A DNA stretch of 63,872 nucleotides, counting the filler, from Reclinomonas americana ATCC 50394 (Eukaryota), in the NCBI GenBank assembly GCA_048213135.1. It is 10 parts of 6 records of this genome, joined end to end, with 100 filler letters (N's around TTAATTAATTAA, not from the genome) between each part and the next. Parts side by side here need not be neighbours in the genome. Positions count along the whole stretch, not along the records: positions 1 to 14,871 come from PS015309.1; 9 more parts are not named here. The stretch is one strand, 5' to 3'. Below the pieces are notes generated by a model. It was not told where the DNA came from, did no database searches, and saw nothing but the letters and a program-made list of their open reading frames with translations. A program made the translations under genes and the position numbers. Positions 1 to 11,313 of this stretch are shown one piece after another (within the stretch, counting starts at the first letter, position 1; the number at the start of each line of letters is the position of its first letter).

Positions 1-5
1 CGCTC

Positions 6-7
<2 letters not shown>

Positions 8-86
<79 letters not shown>
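8..86. repeat. (CA)n microsatellite
   Basis: Uninterrupted CA dinucleotide run. Similar CA/GT and GA/CT tracts fill many introns in this window. Confidence 0.98.
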
Positions 87-88
<2 letters not shown>

Positions 89-463
89 CAATCGCACTTG
101 TCTCAGACACACACAGAGACACAGAGAGAGAGAGACGCACTTTTTCTTGTAAAACTCATTCTTCTTCTTCTTCTTGGCCGCTCTGCACACAATAGCAAGT
201 GAGTCACACGCACTCTCTCTTATTCTTGTCTCTCATTGTCTCACTGTTGCTCCTCAGTCATTGTTGACTTGGGCTGTCGCTGACCGAGTGTGGCCAGCAA
301 ATCACGGAAATCATCATTGCGGAGACCGCCTCTGTGCACACACACATGTGAGAAGAGAGAGAGGCACAAGAGAGAGGCAAGCACGCAACGCGTCCATAGT
401 TTGTGTGTTGTGTTTTCTACCGTCTGTTCCAGTCAACGGACTATCTCACACACAACGACTTTG

Positions 464-2306
464 ATGGACGCGGGCGAGGACCTGTGGCAGTCACTATTGG
501 AGGAGACTGCGCGGTCGACGACGCAGCAGAGTGCTGACTGGACGTTGGTGTTTGTTGGTGAGTGTGTGAGTGTGTGAAGATGGAGAGATGTCTGTGTGTG
601 TGCGCGCGCGCGTAAAAAAGTGCCACGCATTCACTCTTTTGTGTGTGCTTGTGCATGTGTGTGTGTGTGTGTAGGCGATGAGGGATGTGGCAAGGATGCT
701 ATCATTGCGCGGTTCTTGGCCACGGCGGGAACTCCAATGACAGGGACAACTCCTGCGCGTGACATGGCCTCCTCTTCTTCTTCCTCTTCCTCGTCTTCTT
801 CCTCGTCAGCTGCTGCTCCACCAGCAGCAGCAGCGGGAGGAGCAGCATCAGGTGCAACTGCTGCTGCTGGTGCTGCATCATTAGGCACACCTGCAACAGC
901 ATCAGGAGCAACAGCAGCGGCGCCTGCTGATGGAGGGGCCGCCAAGCTGATGGCGTTGAGTGGACCCGGTGTGGCTCTTGACTATCGCTTTTTTGAGAGA
1001 CCAGACGAGGCTGGAGGTGTGGCAAGAAGACGCACGATGCGAGAGCGTTTTTCATGATGTTGATTGCTGTTGTTGTGTGTGATGCGCACAGACAAGCAAC
1101 TGTTTCATGTGTGGCAAGTGGACTCGCCGGATCATCGCGATCTGCTGTCGCTGGCACTCAATCCGCGGACGCTGTCGCGAGCGGCGGTGCTGGTGGTGGT
1201 GGATGTGTCGCGACCGTGGCTTGTGCCATCGTTGGTGGATCGATGGAAGAACGTCTTGCTTCGACACGTGACCGATGTGTGCAAGCAGGTGCCGGAGAGC
1301 GTGCGAAGCGAGCTGGTTCATCGAGGTGTGCGAGGTCATCTGTCGAAATAGTTAATGGGATCGCGCTCACACGATTGTATTGCTCGTGTCGCAGGGAGCA
1401 CGGCCACGGGGCTCCCCGACGCAGCGTTCGAGTCGCCACTCTCGTGGATACCGCTGGTGTTTGTGGGTGCCAAGTCAGATTTGCATTCGCGTGCTTTGGG
1501 ACAGCTGGAGCCCTTCAAGAAGCCGGAGATGGAGATCACGCCGCACAAGATGATGCGATATGTGCAGCACTTTTTGCGAAAGAGCGCCTTGGATTGTTGC
1601 GGACCGAATTACTTCTTCGTTCGCGCCCCTCATCGCTCCTCCTCGCCGTCCTCATTTTCGGGTCGTGTGTAGCATGCGCTGGTGTCGTGTACAGTTCGGC
1701 TCTCGATGGCACCAACTGCTCGTCGCTGTTTGATTATGTGCGGTTGCGCCTCATTGGTCGACCATGGGGTGGAGTGCCACAACCAGGCAACCCCACCGCG
1801 CTCTTTGTTCCCGCCGGACACGACACACCAGAGTTGCTTCGAGACGGTCTCGATGGTCAGGCACTCCTGCAATCGGTGCTGGAGGAGGCAGAGAAGGCGT
1901 TGGCTCATCCCAAGGTGCGGACTTCCACCAGATCCCATCCACGTCTCACACGCTCACGCGCACACGCGCACGCAGGCCGCCGCCAAGGATGTGTATGTGG
2001 ACCCAATGGAGGTCTTCCTTTCTAGGCACTTTAACGAACTAGGCTCCATGCAGGTGCTCTCTCGCTTCGCTCCCCACCATCGGTGCTTCTGGGTTACTCA
2101 TTCATCGATTCGCATGTGCGCAGCAGGAGAGCCAGGCCGCCCGCATGCGACAGCTGGGCCNNNNNNNNNNNNNNNNNNNNTTGTCTCCCCGTCTCCATAA
2201 CTGCATGTCTAAACTCGTGTGGTCTGTGCAGCAACCACATTTGGAGAGTGTGGCCCAAAACTTCTTCCAATCGATGCTCAACAAGTACCAGAAGAATCCG
2301 AGCTAG
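464..2306 (+). CDS. DYNC1LI: Cytoplasmic dynein-1 light intermediate chain (multi-exon)
   Basis: Spliced translation: MDAGEDLWQSLLEE...LVFVG|DEGCGKDAII (P-loop-like), HVWQVDSPDHRDLL...VLVVVDVSRPW, IPLVFVGAKSD, QHFLRKSAL, ALFVPAGHD, and C-terminal helix VAQNFFQSMLNKYQKNPS*. These match LIC1/2 motifs, including the terminal FF adaptor-binding helix. Confidence 0.85.
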
Positions 2307-2586
2307 CCTTCTTTCGAAGTGGATTCGCGTGGAGTGTGTGCATGGGTGTGTGTGTGTGTGCGCGGTTGCAGGATGCGATGATTGTGAAGTGAAAAAAGTC
2401 GTCAGTTTGCGAAGGACTGACAATTCCGTTCATCTCCATCCGTGACCGACTTGAGGACAACACAGTGAAGAGGGAGAAGAGAGGAGAGAGACACTCCACT
2501 TGCTCATCGAAACAACGAAAAAAGTATTCGAACACACACGCCAGTCATCATCGTCCACAAAGGAGTGATCGTGAATCACACACACC

Positions 2587-2749
2587 ATGGCTGACGACAG
2601 CAAAGACGTGCCACTTTTGCAACGCACAGACACTCTGCTCAACATCGGCTGCATCTTTGCCGCCATCCCACTCGGATTCCTCTTCCGCCGTGTCACCGGT
2701 GAGTGACTGGAGAGAGAGCACAGCCTCACACACACTCTTGAGTGTATAC

Positions 2750-2782
<33 letters not shown>

Positions 2783-4258
2783 GGGAGGGTGTTGACTGTG
2801 ATGTCATCCAGATGTGAAGCTGCGATATCGACTGTCGTACGCGGTTGGCTTGCTCTTCTCCGTGCTGGTCTACAAATGGCACACAATTCAGTACGTGCTA
2901 GTCGCTGCTGCTGTGTACGGCGTGTGCGCAGTGTCATCGCTGCGATCGCGGGCGCACTTGCTGGCGTGGTTCATCACGTTTGGGACGCTGCTTGTTGGGT
3001 GAGTTGTTGGACGATTTCTGTGTCAGGAGAGGAGGGTGCAGCCGCGTGCTCATCATGTCGACCGACGTGAAACAGCAAGTACTACATGATGATGTACCGC
3101 TTCCTCGACTGGGCGCTCGATTTCACCGGTCTGTCTTTTGTGATGCGTCTCTGTGCTGGTGGTTTCGTCTCTCAACTCCGCGATGCGTACACAGGACCAC
3201 TGATGCTAATGGCACTCCGCATCATTGCCTTTGCGTACAACTATCGTGATGGACTGATGTGCGACAAGGAGAAGCCGGCGAGTGATGCCAAGCCTGTTGA
3301 GTTCACGCGTGGCGGGATCTCCGCTCGCAGCCTTGTCCATCTGACATGCACCTCGCTGTTGGTGTTCGTGATGCAGGGTGCTGTTCGCGTGTGGCAACGC
3401 CAGCGCGACTATGCGTTGGACAAGCTGCCGTCGTTGGAGGAGTACTTTGGCTACGTGTTCTTCTTCGGCGCGTATCTGGTGGGGCCCTTCTTCGAGTACC
3501 GCGAGTATCGCGAATTCATTGAGGTGCGCTGCGTGCGGTTCAGTGGTGTTGGTGGTGATTCCGTGCATCCACTGTGGTGCACCACACTCACGTGAGTGCT
3601 GCAGTCGAGGGAGCACAAGGTGGCGCCTGGCTGGCACATTGCCAAGATGACGCTGCTGGGCGTGGCGTTTTTGGTGCCAGCTGGCCTGCACGACTCGATG
3701 GCCATGGATTACTTTGGCACGGATGGACTTGCAGAGTTTCTCGCCAAGCCGCTGTACACTCGGTGTGTTGGGGTGGGGATTCCCGCGGGAGATGGGTGAA
3801 CAATGGTGGCACTGGTCTCACGGTTTTTTGGTTTGCAGGATGTTGCTGGTGTATCTCTCGTGTCTGTTCTTCCGCTCTCGTTTCTATGCCGCGTTGCGTC
3901 CGCAACCTATTAGTATCTCGTGCTCCCCTTGCACGCTTCTGATTGATTGTGTGTTTCTTCCAACTGGTGTAGGTGGCCGCTCGCTGAAGGTTTCGTCTAC
4001 GCATGCACTTTTTTCTCCATTTTTCAGACTCACCATGTGTTTGCTTGTTGGGCAGCCGGCTGCCATGCTGCTGGATTCGGCACTCGAATTGAGCGATCTG
4101 AGGATGGCAAGGAGGTCGTTAAGTACGACCTGTTGCGCAATGTGCGCGCCATTGAGATGGAATTGAGTCCGTCGACCAAGGACTGTGTGGGTGTCTACTG
4201 GAATATTCTCACGGCACGGTTCCTCAAGCAATGTTGCGCGGCCGATGTAGAAACATGA
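2587..4258 (+). CDS. MBOAT-family lysophospholipid acyltransferase (LPCAT/ALE1-like); 3' end lost in gap
   Basis: Hydrophobic N-terminus, then DFTGPLMLMALRIIAFAYNYRDG, LPSLEEYFGYVFFFGAYLVGPFFEYREY, RFYAA|WPLAEG, NVRAIEME and WNILTARFLK. Confidence 0.88.
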
Positions 4259-4362
4259 NNNNNNNNNNNNNNNNNNNNNNNNNNNNNNNNNNNNNNNNNN
4301 NNNNNNNNNNNNNNNNNNNNNNNNNNNNNNNNNNNNNNNNNNNNNNNNNNNNNNNNNNNNNN

Positions 4363-7300
4363 GGGCGCGAAGCTTGTCCAAATTCCATTCGGCTTCCGAA
4401 CGCGCCATGTCTGGTCCGAATCGTCCGGCAAACATACGCTTGGCGACTTTGCAGGCAGTGCGACCGACAATGCTGCGCACTTTCTCTCGCGTCCAGTTGC
4501 CAACGCCAGAGAGCACGCTGGTGGTAGAACAGGCAATGCTGTGCAACAACGCCGTGTCAGCTGCAGCCGGAAAGCAGACAGGACACGACACTAACGCAAC
4601 ATATCCACTTGGTGCATCTGCTCCGCCCGCAGCATGTCGCTCACCGACAGCGTCCACGAAGCGGAGGGCACATCGATCTTGTTGGCCACCACCGTATCGC
4701 ACACCATCTGATAACCGTTTCTTCTGAATCCCTCAATCATGGCCTTTTGGTGCCACTCCGACACGTCCTGCATTGCACAATGAGGTTTGGGCTGCCATCG
4801 CATGCAATACGTGTGTGACCTAAAAAAATCACCATAAACGATTTTCGATCGGCGACATCGTAGAGGAGCAAGAAGCCGTGCGCCTGTCGAAAGTACGAGC
4901 CGACAATGTGCATTGAACTGTCGCTCCCTGCATTCAACATAGTAACAACATGTGGGTGATGAGATTGCGCGAGCGGAGTGCAAAGGCGCACACACCTGGT
5001 GTATCGAGCAGCTGTCCACGGAAACCAAACGCGATACAGTCAGCAATAAAAGAGTGCGGTACAACAATATCGATTGCAGTGCGCACCCAGATTTCGTACA
5101 CATGCCCGCTGTCCACGCGCATATATAACCTGTGCAACTCGGCTGCAACAACCGAATGCTCATGTCAGCGAATTCACACACGCACGCGCACACACGCACA
5201 CACTACGCAACGGCCAATCGTAATGGTCTGTTGATCGCCAGCAACGCCACTGGCAGGAGCAAAACACTCGCAAAAGGTACTCTTGCCAACTGCCACAACA
5301 GTAAGCCGATAACATCGCGTCGACAGGCAAGCACGACAGAAATTCCGAACCACCACGCGAGCCGAGCACCAGCAACTTGATGGTGCAGTGCGGCGACGCG
5401 GTGCCCCACTCTGGTTGCAGTTCAGTCTGCGTCACGCGATAGATACACTCCAGTCAGTGTACACACGCTGTGTGGCGCATCACTACGAGTGCCATCGTAC
5501 CGAGTATTCGGCAATCGGATACGCAGCGCGTTCTTTCGGCCGTGCAAACAATCGTGGTCCACCTGTGCGACGCCGTGCATGAGCGACGAAAGCGAGTGGA
5601 GGAGTGTGATGCAGGCAGTCGATTACAACGCAACGACCGTGCTTCTCGCGGTGGCGATCAGTGAGTACCACGGTCGCACTGTGCAGGCGTGAATCCGCTT
5701 CACTCGCCGACTCCACGTCGCGCACATCGTCTTCGAAAAAGTTAATGTTGCGCAATCGCATGGGACCGATCGGCTGTACACCAATATTCGGCAGTGAGTC
5801 AACACCACAGAGTCGTGTGTGCACTGTGACTAGGCGGCGCACATTCTGACCGCCACCAAGTAGGAATGACTTGGTTGAAATCAAGTCCCGATAACGTTCA
5901 ATGACCGCGTCATCCTCGGCTGTGCGTTCACGTCGTGAGCCACTGGCAAGCACACCCAACCAAAGCGACGCACCTCGAGGGTTCTTGTCGAGCCAGTCCA
6001 AGGTATCCGCGAGTTTCTCCTGAAGCTGCTGGCGGTCGAGTAGTTTGTTTTTGCGCGTCAACTCTGCACCAAGCACAACGCTATCAGCGTCGACAGCAAG
6101 AAGTGCACTACCACCACCACCACCAGCAGTGCGCAACGGTGCTCGAGAAGCGACTGCAAGCAGCTGACGGTGTCCAGCAGCAGAGCGTGCGAGTCGGCGA
6201 GTTCCAGATACTTGCTCGAGTGGATGCGTGCGAGTCGCCGCTCGGCCTTGCTCTTCTCCGAACCCGTGGTCACCTCCAGCTCGCCACCCTCCACTTGCCA
6301 GTTGATATCGGAAGGAAGCGACATGTCAGCCACCTGCGCAGACATGTTTAGCGGAGACGTCACAGAGAGTGAGAGATGATGGTATAAACAATAACACGCA
6401 ACATCGTCTCGTCCGGGCTCCGGTACCATCAGGCGCATGTCACTTGGATCGGCACCCACCATGAGTCGCAGCTTGAACGAGGCCGGCGGTCTCGAATCTG
6501 GACTCTTCCACTCCACCGAGCACCAGATAACGGGGTACACGGTCTCGCAGAGGGTCACCGGCTTGTCGTTGCGCAGACGCCTCCATGTGTGCTCATTGAT
6601 ACCTGTGTGCCACGAGAGAGAAAGTGAGGGTGCCTGGACTGGTGAAAATTAGTGGGCAACACTCGGAGGAGCGAACCGCCGCGATGTTCGAGCACCACAA
6701 AGTTGAGTTTGCCGGGTTTCGGGCCGTGCGGAATGATGACATCGAGGAATTCGTCGGTCGGCTGGTGAGCATCCAGCAGGTACGCCTCCTGCTTGTCGCC
6801 TGCCTTCCTGGCAACCGGTACGCCAAAAATCTGTGTGCGCAGCGTGCCGGCCGTGGGTGCGGTGGGAGACAGAAAGAGACAGAGATCGCACTGACGCTGG
6901 TCGCGCACCTTGAACTTGCGGTCGTCACTTTCGACCACCTGCGCCACTGTGTACGCATGCGAGAGCGCATCATCAAACTCGAACGACGCTCCCGGGTGAC
7001 GTCCACTCAGTTTCGCTGCCAAAATGGCCGCCCCAATAGCCACTGCATCAGCCGGCTGCGGGACAAAGTGTGTTGTGTGCGCGAATGAGATCAAGCGTTG
7101 CGTCGACAACTCTATGTGGACGTGTACACCAACCTCCTTCAGCACCGAGATGTTCTCGTGGAAGAAGCACCGATCGAGAAGAATGTTGAGCAGGTGAGGA
7201 ATGTGGAACGCTCCGCCGCCAAGAATGACACAGTTGATGTCGCGTGGAGTTTTGCCAGCCGCACGCAGTGCATCGTGCACCGGTGTCAAGCAGCGACTGC

Positions 7301-8918
7301 ATGGAGCGAGTGTGAGGCGCAGTACCAGCATATGATTGTAAATGTTACACACAGCAGCACCTGTAAAGCGGAGCCGTCAGATCGTTGAACTGATCCCTCG
7401 TAATGGTCACCTCCAGCGACATGCCGTCGTACAGGTCGTTGATCGACACCGACACCGACACATCTGTCGACAGTGCGCTCTTGGTCTCGGCAGCATGGTG
7501 CAACAGGCGCACCATGGCATCGGCATGATTCCGAATGTCGAATTCGTGCTGCTTGCGAAACTCCTCGCAAAAGAACCTGTGCGCGTCGGGCAGGTTGAGA
7601 GATGAGGGGTTGAATGGTCATACTATGCACTGCATGAGTTGAGCGAAACTGCACGAGACAGTGATCGAAATCAAAGCCACCACACTTGTCGGCACCGGCC
7701 GTTGACAGCACTCGCACGCCAACGGGGGAGAACTCCACAATCGACACGTCGAGGAATGCGGCACCAATGTTGAAAACAAGACCAACACGGTATTCGTTTG
7801 CGTGATCCCAATAGTGAGCGATTGCCGACAGCGTCGACTCGGCCACCTGCGTGTATTGTCTATGAGCAGGCCACGTGCACACAAGGACTCCGTGCCCACC
7901 TGGACAACTGTTGCACTCACCAATGTGACACTGTGGAATCCGGCAAGTATGGCGGCGTCGGAGAGCGCACGTCGCTGTAGTGCCGAGAACACGACGGGTA
8001 CGCTGAGAACAGTGTGCCGAACTTGCTCGCCGGCCGCCCGACTTGCCGCCTCGCGTGCCTGCTCCAGGACCAGTGCCGTTACTGGGTGCAGTGAGAGGGG
8101 AAGAATGGGAGACAATGTGTGAATGAAAGCGATTGTCGACTGCGAGACAAGTGCCGCGGATCACCTTCCTCGAACGCCACGGGGATCTGTCCGCCGGCCG
8201 TCTTCACCTTGGCCAGTGGCTTGAAGTACTTGTTCTGAAAGATCTCGTACACCCAGCGATCCTGCCGCTTCTCCTCGGTCAGCGTCGGCAACAATGGATC
8301 GTCTGCAGGTCGCCGTGAGGAAGTCTTCAAACCCGACACACACACACACAGAGACGGGCACCCAACGAAAGCTGCGCCCGAGAAACATCTTGAAATCGTA
8401 CAGTGTGTCGGCAGCATGCCGCGCATGCCGCATGCGACTGAGGTAGCCCAACACGCGCGCTTGCTGACCAATGCCCGTAAACGTGATTTGCGTGCTCATC
8501 TCCACCGCCTGCGTCACAAGCGCATGACGAACGTGCCCAAGAGACTACCAGTCACACGCACACACACACACACACACAAGAACGCAACAGTGGTGTCGGG
8601 CACCAGGGGCTTATCAGGCGCCAAAGGATCCATGATCAGCGTCGGTCGCACCATCGCCGCACTTGCCGCACCTCGACCGCCTCCCTCATGTGCGCCAGTC
8701 GTCGTCCGCCGCACATGATCCTTCTTCAGCTCACCCACCCAAGGCAGCACGCGTGGCACCGGGCAGTCTGTGGTCTCTGGAGGCGTATCCACCAGTGCCA
8801 CTCGCGTGTACGCCGATCCAAAGTCAATGCCACACATAACAGGCGCAGCTGCGATGCCCGATGGACCCACTCCTTGTCCTCCTCCTCCTCCACTGCCACT
8901 GCCACTGGCACGTCTCAT
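4363..8918 (-). CDS. Divergent Hsp70 fused to C-terminal Rab-like small GTPase, copy A (tail lost in gap)
   Basis: Hsp70 nucleotide-binding domain: CGIDFGSAYTRVA, DFKMFLGRSFHDP, VLSVPVVFSALQRRALSDAAILAG, VAESTLSAIAH, CGGFDFDHCL, VILGGGAFHIP, PADAVAIGAAILAAKL. Lid-like LADTLDWLDKNP. Then, through in-phase GT-AG introns: YPIAEYS|TELQPEWG...IKLLVLGSRG|VGKST, TIG, LLDTPG, SYFRQAHGFLLLYDVADRKSF, VVANKID. Confidence 0.82.
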
Positions 8919-9017
8919 GATTTTCGCGCCACACGGTGATCGGATATCACAGTGCCCGTTGGTCTGGCGGGTGGTGGATTTGTGCGAAACTGGATTTTCT
9001 CATTTTCTTACGTAAAC

Positions 9018-11189
9018 ATGCCGCGACAAAAAGCTGACTCTTCCGGCGATGCCCCAAAGAAGCCCGGTGGTCCGTTCATTCAGTTCCTGCAGGAGGCGCG
9101 TCGCGGGCATATTCCAGTTGCGTGAAAAGAGCTTCTCGCAAAGCACTTCGGAAATGCGGCCGCGGCTGTGACAGGTTGGATCCTGATGGTTTTCTGCTTT
9201 TTTTCTCGTCGTCTCTGCACTCGGTGGATGTAGGCTCTTGCGGGAGTGGGTGGAGGTGATCTGGCAGTGCGCGCCGGCGAGGTGTGGCGCAGTATGACGG
9301 ACGAAGACAGGGAGGTGCGTGTGAGTGTGTGTGTGTACACAGCGCAGAGTGTCTCTCACTCACCATCGCTTTGATGGTGAAGCCGTACCTGGCCATGGTC
9401 AGAGAGGCGACTGAGCGCTACCACGAGTACATGGTGAGCTTGGGCGCGGCGGCAGCGGAAGGCAGCCACAGACCAGCCCGATCGAGACGATCACACGTTT
9501 CCAGACGAGGTGCAGATTCACCATTGCTTTCGTCGTCGTCGTTGTCGTCCTCGGCATCCATGTCGTCGTCCACCACGCCGCTGTTGGATCTGACCTTGGC
9601 GCGTGTGCCCCCACCACCAAAGGTGAGAGAGTGATTACGCATGCGCACCTCCTCTCCACACTGCAATCGCCGCTGCATATGGTGTGTGGTGTCCGGATGA
9701 AAAGAATCGTTGAAATCCTTTTCGCAGCCGCAGCCACTGACGACTGGCGAGAGGTCAAGCGCGAGGTCTCCGACAGCAGCACGTGGCAAGCCGTCGGTGA
9801 GCGTGACGACACCGCCGTCCGGGGCCAGAGTGATGAATGTATGTTCGATATTCATGATCACTCACCACCCACTGCACTCGTGCAGATGTTTGTGGGATCG
9901 GCGGCGTCGAGTGCTGCTGTGTCTGAGGTGACGCAGCCGTCGCCCTCCAGTGTATTCTCTTCGCCGACGCCGTCTCCACCGCCGCCGATGCTGCAAGCAG
10001 TGCCGAGACCAACAACAACCCTCTTGCAAATGCCACACAGATTGTCGACGACAACAACGCCAGAGGTGGTGCTTATTGGTGGTCTCTCGCATATTTTGGC
10101 AAGGGAATCAGTTGATACTCAAGTTGTCTCCGCGCAGCCGATGGAGCAAGGCGAGACCACGGCACGCAGTCGTGCAATCACTGCAAGCGCAGGGGAGGTG
10201 GATTATGTTTTCTTTTGCAATTTGGTCGCGATCACTGTCGTTGTCTCACTCCACACAATTGAACCACAAATAGGCAAGAGGAGCCATGGAGGTGCGCGCA
10301 GCCTCCCCAGCTGCAGCTGAGCGAGGGCAATCGCACTCGCTGTCAGCAGGGTCGTTCACAAAAGACGTGCGTTGTGTGTTTCTTGTCTTTGTTTGTCGTG
10401 TTGTTGTGCGATTGCGATTGACATCTGTGGTGGCGTGTCTCTCTCTGTGTACAGTGGTACAGTGTGGTGCGGCAGAATCTGGTGCGCGACAACCGGCGGT
10501 TCCTGGCCGAGTTGCAGCCGCTCGTGTACCTGCCACAGTCGAGTGCAACGGCCGGTCTCGTGCAAGTCTACATCATGTTTATGATTTGCAAGCGACTGCT
10601 GCAAGATGTCGACGGCACCCGGCTGCCGCCACCGACACCGGCAGTGGCACAGCTGTGGTGCGAGCACTCGGGGAATATTAACAGCTACACGGCGTTCTGC
10701 AACGCCCTCGCAGGGCAGACAATTGCCGTGCCACATGCAACTCGGGTTGAAGTGGCGTTGTCGATGATGAGTGTTCCCGGGCCCGTCGAGAGGACCGTGA
10801 CCGCGCAGCGGCTTCACGCGTTCAACTTGCTGCTTACCACCGAGTTTGACACATCGTACGCCGAGACTTTGGCTGCTGTTGGTACCGGTCGCACTCAGCC
10901 AGGTGCGTCGTCGAGCACCACCACCACGACAACGACGACAACGACGACGACGGCGGTGAAGCGTGTGGCCATTGTCGTCACGGCGGACGCACGAACACTG
11001 AACCTCAAGGTGAAACCGCTGTCGCTGATTCGGCAGTTGCTGAGCAAGCTGGCGGCACACTTGCATGTTCCGGAAAACATGCTGCAGTTGCAACGACCCG
11101 ACGGTGTGGTCCTGCAGCCAAGTGCGACGGTGACCGACTGTGGAATCGTTGACGGCGACCAACTGCAATGCGTCAGGCTATCGCTGTGA
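9018..11189 (+). CDS. HMG-box protein with DUF1399/GRDP-like middle domain and C-terminal ubiquitin/SUMO-like domain
   Basis: HMG box: APKKPGGPFIQFLQEAR...RAGEVWRSMTDEDRE|PYLAMVREATERY. S/P-rich linker. Middle domain: YIMFMICKRL...PTPAVAQLWCEHSGNINSYTAFC. Ubl-like end: VAIVVTADARTLNLKVKP...LQPSATVTDCGIVDGDQLQC. Confidence 0.68.
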
Positions 11190-11313
11190 CCTATTCCATC
11201 CTTCTTTTTTTTTGTAAGCCTCTCGCATTCTCTCCTCTCTGTTTCTCAATCCCGTGGGGTGCTCTCTCCTCTCTGTACAACCATTATTGCGAATCATGTA
11301 CATATAACAATGT

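Noticed and set aside
4259..4362. MBOAT appears to lack its catalytic His region and to abut the Hsp70-Rab tail
   Set aside because: Both genes end inside an N gap whose stated size is too small to hold the missing exons; an underestimated gap, not evidence of truncation or overlap.
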